The position numbers and the translations under genes were made by a program. Under the pieces are notes generated by a model, which saw only the letters and a program-made list of their open reading frames with translations, was not told the DNA's origin and did no database searches. Positions 16,203 through 24,931 of a stretch of DNA of 32,000 nucleotides are shown piece after piece. Every line of letters begins with the position of its first letter. Within the stretch, counting starts at the first letter, position 1. This DNA is from Lachnospiraceae bacterium (lineage in GTDB: Bacteria; Bacillota; Clostridia; Lachnospirales; Lachnospiraceae): assembly GCA_024405155.1 (NCBI GenBank), contig JAKSPC010000002.1:150194-182193 (forward strand), in the 5' to 3' direction.

Positions 16203-18133
16203 TATGCATCGATCTCCGCTTCGTTGGCATGTTTATAGATAAAATCTCTTCTGGGAGCCACATCGGCACCCATCAGCATCTCCGTGACCTCCGACGCCAT
16301 CCTGGCATCTTCGATCTCCACCCGCTTCAGCACCCTTCTTTCCGGATCCAGCGTAGTGGCCCACAGATCCGGCGGATCCATCTCTCCCAGACCTTTGAAT
16401 CTCTTCAGTTCAAAAGTGGAGGGGTCATGTTTCTCTTCATACTTCTGCAGTGCCCTGTCGTCATAGAGGTACCTGGGCTCTTCACTCTTTTTCTTCGGAG
16501 TCACCAGATACAGAGGCGGCATGGAAATATAAACGTGACCGTCGTTGATAAGTTCCGGCATGAAACGGTAGAAGAAAGTGAGCAGCAGCGTGTCGATATG
16601 GCTTCCGTCCACGTCGGCATCCGTCATAAGAATGATCTTGTCATACCGCAGTTTGGAAATGTCGAAATCATTGCCGTACCCTTCGGAAAATCCGCAGCCG
16701 AAGGCATTGATCATTGTTTTGATCTCTGCGTTGGCAAGCACCTTGTCTATGGAAGCCTTCTCCACGTTAAGTATCTTTCCGCGGATGGGAAGGATGGCCT
16801 GGTACTCCCTGTTCCGCCCCGTTCCCGCGGAACCGCCTGCGGAATCTCCTTCTACGATAAATATCTCACATTTTTCCGCATCCCGGGAGGTGCATGCCTT
16901 GAGCTTTCCGTTGGAGTCAAAGGAATACTTTGACTTAGAAAGCAGGTTCGTCTTTGCTTTCTCTTCCGCTTTCCGGATCTTTGCCGATTTCTCGGAACAC
17001 TCTATGATCGCCTTGATGACTTCCACATTGCGGTCGAAATAATGCTCCAGCTTTTCCCCGGTAGCGGCGGAAACGGACTGGACCGCGTCGGCAGATGCCA
17101 GTTTCGTTTTCGTCTGCCCCTCAAAGATGGGATCCGGATGACGGATGGCGACCACCGCCGTCATTCCGTTTCTGGTATCGGGACCCGTAAAGTTCTGATC
17201 CTTATCCTTCAGTATGCCCAGCTGACGGGCATACATGTTTACGAGCTGGGTAAATCTTGTCTTGAAGCCCGTAATGTGGGTGCCGCCCTCCTGCGTGTAA
17301 ATGTTGTTGCAGAATCCGTGGATGTTCTCTTCAAAGGCATCCACGAACTGAAACGCGCATTCGATCTGCTGATCGTCCACGTCTGCATTGAAATAGATCA
17401 CAGGCGTAACGGCGTTCTGTCCTCTGTTCAGCTCCTGTACATATGCTTTGATCCCGTCAGGTTCATGGAACGTGATCTTTTCTTCGGATCCCGCTCTTTT
17501 GTCTTCATATTCGATCGTAAGTCCGGGATTCAGGTAAGCAGTCTCGTGCAGTCTGGATTTGATCCATTCTCCCTTGAATTCTGTCTTTTCAAAAATGGTA
17601 TCGTCGGGAAGGAAATTGATCTCCGTTCCCGTTCCTTTTGCCTTTGCCACTACGGGCAGAAGTCCTTTTTCCAGCTTGGTGGTCGCTTTGCCCCTGGAGT
17701 AGGAATCAAAGTAGACGCTGCCCCCTCTCGACACTTTTACCGTCATTTCCGATGAGAGGGCGTTCACCACTGCGGCTCCCACGCCGTGAAGTCCTCCGGA
17801 AGTTTTATAGGCGTTGTTGTCAAACTTTCCGCCTGCATGAAGTGTCGTCATAATGACACGCTCTGCGGAAACGCCCTTCTGATGCATGTCTACCGGAAGT
17901 CCTCGTCCGTTATCTTTTATCGTACAGGAACCGTTCTTTTCCAGCGTTACCCAGATGGTATCACAATAACCGGCCAGGTGCTCGTCCACGGAGTTGTCAA
18001 GGATCTCATAAACCAGATGATTGAGACCTTTGCTTCCCACACCGCCGATGTACATTCCGGGTCTGGTCCTTACCGGCTCCAGGCCTTCCAGTACGGTAAT
18101 ACTGTCTGCATTGTAATCGTTTGTTTTTCCCAT
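16202..18133 (-). CDS. parE: Type IIA DNA topoisomerase subunit B, topoisomerase IV ParE/GrlB-like
   Basis: The 643-aa ORF has a GHKL ATPase N-terminus (LEGLEPVRTRPGMYIGG, GGLHGVGA) and a Toprim region (EIFIVEGDSAGGSA, PIRGKILNV, IILMTDADVDGSHI). Its stop overlaps the parC start as TAATG. Confidence 0.88.
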   Translation of the reverse strand: MGKTNDYNADSITVLEGLEPVRTRPGMYIGGVGSKGLNHLVYEILDNSVDEHLAGYCDTIWVTLEKNGSCTIKDNGRGLPVDMHQKGVSAERVIMTTLHAGGKFDNNAYKTSGGLHGVGAAVVNALSSEMTVKVSRGGSVYFDSYSRGKATTKLEKGLLPVVAKAKGTGTEINFLPDDTIFEKTEFKGEWIKSRLHETAYLNPGLTIEYEDKRAGSEEKITFHEPDGIKAYVQELNRGQNAVTPVIYFNADVDDQQIECAFQFVDAFEENIHGFCNNIYTQEGGTHITGFKTRFTQLVNMYARQLGILKDKDQNFTGPDTRNGMTAVVAIRHPDPIFEGQTKTKLASADAVQSVSAATGEKLEHYFDRNVEVIKAIIECSEKSAKIRKAEEKAKTNLLSKSKYSFDSNGKLKACTSRDAEKCEIFIVEGDSAGGSAGTGRNREYQAILPIRGKILNVEKASIDKVLANAEIKTMINAFGCGFSEGYGNDFDISKLRYDKIILMTDADVDGSHIDTLLLTFFYRFMPELINDGHVYISMPPLYLVTPKKKSEEPRYLYDDRALQKYEEKHDPSTFELKRFKGLGEMDPPDLWATTLDPERRVLKRVEIEDARMASEVTEMLMGADVAPRRDFIYKHANEAEIDA

Positions 18134-18164
18134 GGTACCTCCGGGATATCTATAATCTGTAAAA

Positions 18165-18193
18165 TCATACCACAGAGTGTGGTTCGATTCAAG
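18165..18193 (-). promoter_or_regulatory. Putative sigma-A promoter of the parE-parC-degV-LbH-upp operon
   Basis: The minus strand has -35 TTGAAT (18193-18188), a 17-nt spacer and an extended -10 TGgTATGAT (-10 at 18170-18165). A GGAGG RBS precedes the ATG at 18133. Confidence 0.6.
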
Positions 18194-18231
18194 GTTTCTA
18201 CACTATTTAGTGGAGTTTTCGGAAAGCATGT

Positions 18232-18256
18232 AAAAAAAGCGGTCCGGGACCGCTTT
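18232..18256 (-). terminator. Rho-independent terminator ending the tRNA operon
   Basis: The minus strand reads AAAGCGGTCC-CGG-GACCGCTTT followed by TTTTTTTAC. It lies immediately 3' of tRNA-Thr. Confidence 0.8.
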
Positions 18257-18260
18257 CTTA

Positions 18261-18333
18261 AGCCAACGATGCGACTCGAACGCACGACCTGCTGATTACG
18301 AATCAGCTGCACTACCGACTGTGCTACGTTGGC
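18261..18333 (-). tRNA. tRNA-Thr (anticodon CGT)
   Basis: Manual cloverleaf of the reverse complement: GCCAACG TA GCAC AGTCGGTA GTGC A GCTGA TTCGTAA TCAGC AGGTC GTGCG TTCGAGT CGCAT CGTTGGC T. The acceptor stem is perfect, and the length is 73 nt. Confidence 0.92.
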
Positions 18334-18340
18334 ACGTATT

Positions 18341-18371
18341 AAATGAAAAGAACCATGTGGAGACATGGTTC
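18341..18371 (-). terminator. Terminator-like hairpin between tRNA-Glu and tRNA-Thr
   Basis: The minus strand reads GAACCATGT-CTCC-ACATGGTTC, a perfect 9-bp stem, followed by TTTTCATTT. It begins 2 nt after the tRNA-Glu discriminator. Confidence 0.6.
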
Positions 18372-18372
18372 A

Positions 18373-18444
18373 TGACCTCGCCGAGAATCGAACTCGGGTC
18401 TTCGCCGTGAGAGGGCGACGTCTTAGCCGCTTGACTACAAGGCC
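18373..18444 (-). tRNA. tRNA-Glu (anticodon CTC)
   Basis: Manual cloverleaf of the reverse complement: GGCCTTG TA GTC AAGCGGCTAA GAC G TCGCC CTCTCAC GGCGA AGAC CCGAG TTCGATT CTCGG CGAGGTC A. It has the Glu-type 3-bp D-stem and a G2:U71 wobble, as in B. subtilis tRNA-Glu. Confidence 0.88.
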
Positions 18445-18449
18445 CTAAA

Positions 18450-18523
18450 TCGAGGTGACAAGATTCGAACTTGCGACCTCTGCGTCCCGAACGCAGCGCT
18501 CTACCAAACTGAGCCACACCTCG
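18450..18523 (-). tRNA. tRNA-Pro (anticodon CGG)
   Basis: Manual cloverleaf of the reverse complement: CGAGGTG TG GCTC AGTTTGGTA GAGC G CTGCG TTCGGGA CGCAG AGGTC GCAAG TTCGAAT CTTGT CACCTCG A. The length is 74 nt. Confidence 0.92.
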
Positions 18524-18554
18524 AGATCTTGCTGTTACCTCAACAAGCTCCGCC

Positions 18555-18583
18555 ATTATAACGAATATCATCCGGAATGTCAA
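18555..18583 (-). promoter_or_regulatory. Consensus sigma-A promoter of the tRNA-Pro/Glu/Thr operon
   Basis: The minus strand has TTGACA (18583-18578), exactly 17 nt of spacer, then TATAAT (18560-18555). The -10 ends ~31 nt upstream of the tRNA-Pro 5' end. Confidence 0.75.
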
Positions 18584-18612
18584 TACATTCCGGAAAGAAA
18601 CTTTTCCGCTCC

Positions 18613-21600
18613 TTAATCCGCCATCATATCAAATATGCTCATCTGATTCGTATCTGTAAGATCACCCAGGAGTCCCAGCGCCTTAAGCTGTTCCGCATTT
18701 GTTTTTGAAACTTTGGTCCGCTGAATGAACTCTTCCACCGACAGATACGGTCCGTTTACCGCGTCCGCTTCAATAGCGGCGGCAGCATTGTCACCCAGAC
18801 CGGAAATGGAGTTCAGAGAAGGCATGACTCTACCGTCTTCTGTCAGCGTAAACTGCGTCGCCTTTGCCTTAAAGATGTCAATGGGAGCAAACTCCACGCC
18901 TCTCGCCATCATCTCTTCCACGATGCGGATATCCCTGAGTGCCAGCTTGTCGTTTGCCGTGGCGTTCCGGTTGCTTCCCACGTATTCCTTCAGCTCTTTT
19001 ATGGTCTGCCTGAGGATAGGAAGAGAAACGTTCATTTTTTCATAGTCGAATCCGCTGCCTTTTACGGTAAAGTAAGCGGCATAATACTCTTTGGGATAAT
19101 ATACCTTAAAGTAGGCAATGCGGAGTCCCATGACCACGTAGGCGGCGGCGTGTGCCTTCGGGAACATGTATTTGATCTTGTTGCAGGATTCTATGTACCA
19201 TTCCGGAACGTTATGGGCCCTCATCTCCGTCTTCCAGTCTTCCCAGGTGTCGCAGGCCCCTTTTGCCACTTTTCCCTTTCTTACGGCTTCCATGCTCTTA
19301 AAGGACATGGCCGGATCCAGCCCCATCTCGATAAGATACAGCATCATGTCGTCTCGGGTACAGATGGCCGTCTGAATGGTGCACTTTCCCTGTTCTATGA
19401 GCGTCTGCGCGTTGCCCAGCCATACATCGGTACCATGTGCCAGACCGGCGATCCGCACCAGATCGGATACATACTGGGGCTTCGCGTCCAGAAGCATGCC
19501 GATGGCGAAATCCGTGCCGAATTCGGGAATGCCAAGAGTGCCCAGCGGCGTCCCTCCGATATCTTCCGGAGAGATCCCCAGGCTCTTCGTGCTCTTGAAA
19601 AGTTCCAGAACTTCCGGTACGCCGATGGGCATGGTCATGGGATCCACGCCGGTCAGATCCTGAAGCATCCTAACCATGGAAGGATCATCCTTTCCCAGGA
19701 TATCCAGCTTCAGAAGGTTGTGATCGATGCTGTGATAATCAAAATGTGTGGTGACCGGACTTTCCATGTCGTTGGCCGGGTGCTGTATGGGAGTAAAGGT
19801 GTGGATCTCCTCTCCGTGAGGCAGAACGATGATGCCTCCGGGATGCTGGCCCGTAGTCCTTTTCACATCGGTACAGCCCAGAGCAAGGCGCGCCTTTTCC
19901 GCTTTCCGCATGCCGAACACGTTGTGATCCTCATTATAACGTTCCACGTATCCGAATGCCGTCTTGTCCTGCACTCTGCCGATGGTACCCGCCTTGAAAG
20001 TGTTTCCTTCGCCGAACAGCACGCCCGTATAAGCGTGTGCCTTCGGCTGATAATCGCCTGCGAAATTCAGATCGATATCAGGCTCCTTGTCCCCCTTGAA
20101 GCCAAGGAACGTTTCAAACGGGATACTGAAGCCGTCTTTGATCAGCGGTTTTCCGCAGACAGGGCATACCGCGTCCGGCATGTCGCATCCGGAATAGTCT
20201 CTGTATTTCATTACCGTCTCGCTGGTAAAGTCGGAATAATGACAGTTCTCGCAGCGGTAATGCGGCGGCAGAGGATTCACTTCGGAAATGTCTGCCATGG
20301 TAGCGACCAGGGAGGAACCGACAGAACCTCTGGATCCCACCAGATAACCATGGTCCATGGAATCCTTGATCAGTCTCTGGGCGATGATATACATTACGGA
20401 ATATCCGTTGGAAATGATGGAATTCAGTTCTTTGTCCAGTCTGGAAAGTACCACCTCGGGAATGGGATCTCCGTACATGCGCTTTGCCTTCGCATAGCAC
20501 ATGTCTTTCAGGTCCTGATCCGAATTCTCGATCACGGGAGGACATTTATCGGGACGTACCGGCGAGATCCTCTCGCACATGTCGCTGAGCATATGCGGAT
20601 TTCTGATCACGATCTCCTCTGCCGTCTCTCTGTCAAGATAGGAAAACTCTTCCAGCATTTCGTCTGTGGTCTTCAGATACAGAGGTGCGGTATATCTGTC
20701 TTCGTCAAAGGAAGCTCCTCTTCCTTTGGAAGCTGCCTCAAAATACCGGATGATCTTCCGGAATACCGCATCTTCCTTTTCCGGAAAACGAACGTCACCG
20801 GAGGCAACTACCGGGATCCCCAGTTTTCGCCCCACGGAAAGGATCCTGTTGTTTACACGAATGATGTCATCCATAGTATCTATGGAGGACTTGTCGTCAT
20901 GGTACAGATATTTCAGATTGCAGGGAGGAAGGATCTCCAGATAGTCGTAAAAGCTTGCGATCTCTTCCACTCTCTCGTCGGAAAGGTCACGGAACACGGC
21001 ATCGTAAAGCTCGCCTTCCTCATTTCCGCTTCCCAGCAGAAGTCCGTCACGGAGAGCCTGTACCATAGACTTCGGCATCCTGGCGTGCAGATAGAAATAA
21101 TCCACGAAAGAAGCGGATACCAGTCGGTACAGATTGGTCCTTCCCAGATCGTTCTTAATAAGAACGTCAAAGCTGTTTCCGTGCATCTTTTTGATGGTGG
21201 GGATGTCGATCACGTCATTCTTAAGTACTTCATCCAGGTCAGTGATCCCTTTTCCCTTAAGTATCTCCGCGCACTTTAAAAAGATCCCCGCCGTAGCTTC
21301 CGCATCATCCACGGCACGATGATGGAATCCCATGCTGATCCCCAGTTCTTTCGCCACGTTGTCCAGCTTGTTCCGATACAGATCCTTCAAAAGCATGTGG
21401 GCAAGTCCCAGCGTATCCACCACGGTCGGATCGAAACGTGTGCCCAGTTTTCTTGCGTAATGATCTACGAATCCCACATCGAAAAGCGCATTGTGACCTA
21501 CGGCCACACTGTCTCCGCAGAATTCCAGGAATCTGGGGATCCAGACCTCATAACCGCCCTGTCCCTGCACATCCTGGTCCTTAATGGAGGTAAGTTCCGT

Positions 21601-22752
21601 AATGTGCTGCGGAATGGGGAAACCGGGATCCACGAACTGGGAAAAACGGTCCACGATCTTTCCGTTTTTCACTTTTACGGCACCGATCTCAATGATCCTA
21701 CACTTTTCCTGGGAAAAGCCGGTGGTCTCCAGGTCAAATACCACGTATTCGTCATCAAGGCTCTGTCCCTTCGGACGATAAACGGCATCCGGCGTATCGT
21801 CCACCAGGTGACCGTTGATACCGAACAGAAGTTTCAGCTTGCTTCCCTTCGGCACCGCATGTGCTGCCGTAGGGAACGCCTGAACGGAATCCGTATCTGT
21901 AATGGCAATGCTGTCCCATCCCCATTTGTCGGCAAGCTTAATAAACTCGGAAATGTCTCCGATGGAATCCATTTCCGTAATATTGGAATGAAGTATCAGT
22001 TCCGTCCGCTTCTGCCCTTCGTGGGTATCCGATCTTTTGGTCCCGTCCGCAGAGATCTTTTTGATGTTTTTGATATTGGAGATGGTCAGTTCAGGATTGT
22101 ACTGATTCGGTGAAGTCACAAAGCCGGAAAGCATCACGTTCTGTCCTTCACTGAGGTTCTTTTCCAGGTCCTTAATGGCATTTTCATCACAGAACAGTTT
22201 GCAGGTAATGGAATCGGTCCTGTCGGTGATGTTGAAAGTGAGGATGTACTTTCCGTTTCTGGTGGTGATGGTCTCCGGAGAAAAGACCTTTCCCTGAATG
22301 ATCACTTCCCCCATACCTTCTTCCAGACTTTTGACGGAAAGCGGAGTCCCGGTAATGTCATAGCCGTAGATCACGTCCGGATTGTCTGATTTCTTGATCC
22401 TTCTTACGGAATACTCGTTTCTTGCCTCACGGTAGCCGGACTGGCCGTAGACTTTTTTCGGTTTTGTATTGTCTTTTGTCTGCTGTCTGTTTTCCTGCGA
22501 TGTTTCCTGCGTGGAAACGCCGGAGGTATCGATGATGGATACACGGACATTCTTTCCTTCAAAGATCTGCTCACGGATGGCGTTTTCCGCTGCCGTTACG
22601 GTAGCAGACGGGATCTTCTCATCTGCCTTCACGTAAATATCCAGGGAGCTTCTGTCTCCCGCCACCAAAAGCTTCAGAACGGAAGCACCGCTTAAGATCC
22701 TTCTGTCCGTACTGTCAAGTTCTATTTGAAATGCGTCATTGAATGAAGTCAT
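18613..22752 (-). CDS. polC: DNA polymerase III alpha subunit, PolC type (Gram-positive replicative polymerase with intrinsic proofreading exonuclease)
   Basis: The 1379-aa ORF has a DEDD exonuclease insert (VVFDLETTG ... HNALFDVGF ... HRAVDDAEA), a PHP domain, a Zn-finger (CENCHY...CPVCGKPL) and a polymerase core (GSRGSVGSSLVA, HPGGIIV). Confidence 0.97.
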   Translation of the reverse strand: MTSFNDAFQIELDSTDRRILSGASVLKLLVAGDRSSLDIYVKADEKIPSATVTAAENAIREQIFEGKNVRVSIIDTSGVSTQETSQENRQQTKDNTKPKKVYGQSGYREARNEYSVRRIKKSDNPDVIYGYDITGTPLSVKSLEEGMGEVIIQGKVFSPETITTRNGKYILTFNITDRTDSITCKLFCDENAIKDLEKNLSEGQNVMLSGFVTSPNQYNPELTISNIKNIKKISADGTKRSDTHEGQKRTELILHSNITEMDSIGDISEFIKLADKWGWDSIAITDTDSVQAFPTAAHAVPKGSKLKLLFGINGHLVDDTPDAVYRPKGQSLDDEYVVFDLETTGFSQEKCRIIEIGAVKVKNGKIVDRFSQFVDPGFPIPQHITELTSIKDQDVQGQGGYEVWIPRFLEFCGDSVAVGHNALFDVGFVDHYARKLGTRFDPTVVDTLGLAHMLLKDLYRNKLDNVAKELGISMGFHHRAVDDAEATAGIFLKCAEILKGKGITDLDEVLKNDVIDIPTIKKMHGNSFDVLIKNDLGRTNLYRLVSASFVDYFYLHARMPKSMVQALRDGLLLGSGNEEGELYDAVFRDLSDERVEEIASFYDYLEILPPCNLKYLYHDDKSSIDTMDDIIRVNNRILSVGRKLGIPVVASGDVRFPEKEDAVFRKIIRYFEAASKGRGASFDEDRYTAPLYLKTTDEMLEEFSYLDRETAEEIVIRNPHMLSDMCERISPVRPDKCPPVIENSDQDLKDMCYAKAKRMYGDPIPEVVLSRLDKELNSIISNGYSVMYIIAQRLIKDSMDHGYLVGSRGSVGSSLVATMADISEVNPLPPHYRCENCHYSDFTSETVMKYRDYSGCDMPDAVCPVCGKPLIKDGFSIPFETFLGFKGDKEPDIDLNFAGDYQPKAHAYTGVLFGEGNTFKAGTIGRVQDKTAFGYVERYNEDHNVFGMRKAEKARLALGCTDVKRTTGQHPGGIIVLPHGEEIHTFTPIQHPANDMESPVTTHFDYHSIDHNLLKLDILGKDDPSMVRMLQDLTGVDPMTMPIGVPEVLELFKSTKSLGISPEDIGGTPLGTLGIPEFGTDFAIGMLLDAKPQYVSDLVRIAGLAHGTDVWLGNAQTLIEQGKCTIQTAICTRDDMMLYLIEMGLDPAMSFKSMEAVRKGKVAKGACDTWEDWKTEMRAHNVPEWYIESCNKIKYMFPKAHAAAYVVMGLRIAYFKVYYPKEYYAAYFTVKGSGFDYEKMNVSLPILRQTIKELKEYVGSNRNATANDKLALRDIRIVEEMMARGVEFAPIDIFKAKATQFTLTEDGRVMPSLNSISGLGDNAAAAIEADAVNGPYLSVEEFIQRTKVSKTNAEQLKALGLLGDLTDTNQMSIFDMMAD

Positions 22753-23822
22753 GCTTTGATATATTGATCCAGTTCCTTTCGAAAAGCGTCCAGGAGCTCG
22801 TCTTCTTTTACTTTTTTAAGGATCTCTCCCTTTTTCAGGATCAGTCCCTCACCTTTTCCGCCGCAGATCGCCAGTTCTGCTTCTTTTGCCTCCCCGGGTC
22901 CGTTTACCACGCAGCCCATGCAGGCAACTTTCATGGTAAGAGCGCTGTATTTCGGCTCTGAAACCAGGCGGTTCACCTTTTCCGCCAGCATAATGAGATC
23001 GATGGACGTTCTTCCGCAGGTAGGGCAGCTTACCACTTCGATCCCTTCCCTGCGAAGACCCAGAGTTTTCAGTATCTGTTTTGCGGAGCGAACTTCCTCT
23101 GCAGGATCTCCGGTAAGACTCACGCGGATAGTATCCCCTATCCCTTCGTACAGAAGGATCCCCAGACCTACGGAGGATCTGATGTTGCCGGCCCAGGGTG
23201 TCCCTGCCTCTGTAATACCGATATGCAGCGGGTGATCCGTTCTTTCCCGTATCAGTTCATAGGCGCGTACACACATCATGGTATCGGAGGATTTGATGCT
23301 GATCACCAGATCTTCGTATCCCATTTCTTCTATCATCCGGCATTTTTCCAGAGCTGACTCCACCAGTCCTTCCGCTGTCACGTGTCCGCCGAACTTTGCC
23401 AGATACTCTTTTTCCAGGGAGCCGGAGTTGACGCCTACACGGATGGGAACGTGATATTCTGCCGCCGCATCCACTACCTGTTCCACTTTATCACGACCGC
23501 CGATATTGCCAGGATTGATGCGGATCTTGTCTGTTCCGTTTTTTATTGCGCGGATCGCCATGCGATAGTCGAAATGGATATCCGACACCAGCGGGATATG
23601 GATCCTCTTTTTGATCTCCGAAACAGCTTCCGCGCTGCTTTCGTCAGGAACGGTAACGCGGATAATCTCGCATCCGGCTTCTTCCAGGCTAAGGATCTGA
23701 GCCACCGTAGCTTCCACGTCATCGGTCTTTGTATTGCACATGCTCTGAATTGCGACAGGATTATTGCCGCCGATCCGCACGCCGCCGATATTTACTTCTC
23801 TTGTAGTCATCCGATCATTCAT
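22749..23822 (-). CDS. ispG: 4-hydroxy-3-methylbut-2-en-1-yl diphosphate synthase (flavodoxin), IspG/GcpE
   Basis: The 357-aa ORF has motifs of the GcpE family: IQSMCNT, RINPGNIG, GITEAG and the [4Fe-4S] cysteines CPTCGR ... GCVVNGPGE. An ATGA overlap is present at both ends. Confidence 0.95.
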   Translation of the reverse strand: MNDRMTTREVNIGGVRIGGNNPVAIQSMCNTKTDDVEATVAQILSLEEAGCEIIRVTVPDESSAEAVSEIKKRIHIPLVSDIHFDYRMAIRAIKNGTDKIRINPGNIGGRDKVEQVVDAAAEYHVPIRVGVNSGSLEKEYLAKFGGHVTAEGLVESALEKCRMIEEMGYEDLVISIKSSDTMMCVRAYELIRERTDHPLHIGITEAGTPWAGNIRSSVGLGILLYEGIGDTIRVSLTGDPAEEVRSAKQILKTLGLRREGIEVVSCPTCGRTSIDLIMLAEKVNRLVSEPKYSALTMKVACMGCVVNGPGEAKEAELAICGGKGEGLILKKGEILKKVKEDELLDAFRKELDQYIKA

Positions 23823-24931
23823 TTCCCAAGTACCAGCCAGATAATATCTTTAAACATGACAAGGACCATCAGCGCCAGAAGGATCATAAGTCCCGCAAAG
23901 TTGATGGCAGCTTCCAGTTTCTGCGGAAGTTTCTTCCTTGTGATCATTTCCACAAGCAAAAGAAGCAATCTTCCGCCGTCCAGTGCCGGAAGCGGCAGAA
24001 GGTTCATGGCTCCCATGGAACCGGAAAGAAGGATCGCCAGCTCCAGAAGCGTAAGAGCCGCCGCTTCGTTCCCGCCCTGCTCCCTGGCGGCTTCTACGGA
24101 TTCATCCATGACGGCAACGATCTGCACGGGACCCCCTATGCTTTCCGCCCCCAGATCTCCCCGGATCAGCATGCGTATGGATTCCACGGTCAACTGAATG
24201 GTATATTTCACCTGATGCACACTCATGCTCATCAGATCCCATACGTTGTCACAGGGCTCTGCCAGACGGGAATAAGAAAATCCAAACAGTGACTTTTTAT
24301 ATTCCTCGTTATAGACCGACGTCATTTCTCCGTTCTTTTCCGCCCCGTCGGAAGCGATCACTTTGAATCTCACGGGCTTTCCCGCGTCCACAAGCGACTG
24401 ATTGGCAAGAAAGAACAGCTGAATATCCCCGCCGGTACGGATACCGGAACGCATGCCGGAGACTTCCAGAGAGCGCACCCGGTCTCCTGCCCTTAATCCC
24501 GCTTCCCAGGCTGGACTCCCCTCTGTCACGTCTGCGATCACCGGTCTGTCGTATCCTACATTGAAAATGAACACCACGGCCAGCAGAAAAGCCAGAAGGA
24601 AATTGAAGAAAGGACCTGCAAAGATCACAAGGAACCTTTTCCAGGCAGGCTGGTTCTGAAAACCGGAACCTTCCGGAAACTCCGTCTTTTCTTCCCCCTC
24701 CGTTTCCTCATCTTCCCCGGATTCCTGATACATCACACAGGCGCCTCCGAAAGGAAGAGCTCTCAGGGAATACCTGGTACTTCCATGTTTTTTGGATACC
24801 AGAACGGGACCAAGGCCCACGGTGAACTCCACCACGGAGATGCCGAAAGCCTTTGCGGTGAGGAAATGCCCCAGTTCATGAAATATGACGATAAATCCCA
24901 ATGCAAGGATGGAAATGATTACCCTCAGCAT
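23819..24931 (-). CDS. rseP: RIP (site-2) zinc metalloprotease RseP/RasP, M50 family
   Basis: The 370-aa ORF has HELGHF in the first transmembrane helix, a central PDZ-like segment, a C-terminal NLLPLPALDGG motif, and several transmembrane helices. Confidence 0.92.
   Translation of the reverse strand: MLRVIISILALGFIVIFHELGHFLTAKAFGISVVEFTVGLGPVLVSKKHGSTRYSLRALPFGGACVMYQESGEDEETEGEEKTEFPEGSGFQNQPAWKRFLVIFAGPFFNFLLAFLLAVVFIFNVGYDRPVIADVTEGSPAWEAGLRAGDRVRSLEVSGMRSGIRTGGDIQLFFLANQSLVDAGKPVRFKVIASDGAEKNGEMTSVYNEEYKKSLFGFSYSRLAEPCDNVWDLMSMSVHQVKYTIQLTVESIRMLIRGDLGAESIGGPVQIVAVMDESVEAAREQGGNEAAALTLLELAILLSGSMGAMNLLPLPALDGGRLLLLLVEMITRKKLPQKLEAAINFAGLMILLALMVLVMFKDIIWLVLGK

Noticed and set aside
18070-18583. 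ORF-track entries of 95 and 98 aa (minus strand) spanning the tRNA cluster, and entries at 11585-11866 spanning tRNA-Leu.
   Set aside because: The sequence folds into four canonical cloverleaf tRNAs with promoters and terminators. The ORFs simply read through structural RNA genes.
11545-18612. tRNA genes acting as integration sites for a genomic island or prophage.
   Set aside because: The flanks of all four tRNAs are conserved housekeeping genes (polA, upp, parE, polC). There are no integrase genes, no direct repeats of tRNA 3' ends and no obvious compositional break.
19150-21279. A 709-aa open reading frame on the plus strand, antisense to polC. Similar long antisense ORFs occur at 15123-16238, 17042-17755, 23382-24197, 30230-31021, 10545-11189, 27499-28200, 4334-5110 and 592-1197.
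   Set aside because: Each lies entirely inside a strongly supported, motif-rich gene on the other strand. Their translations are low-complexity and rich in R, H, G, F and S, with no recognisable motifs, no RBS and no independent intergenic context. Long stop-free antisense frames are an expected by-product of the codon bias of the sense genes.
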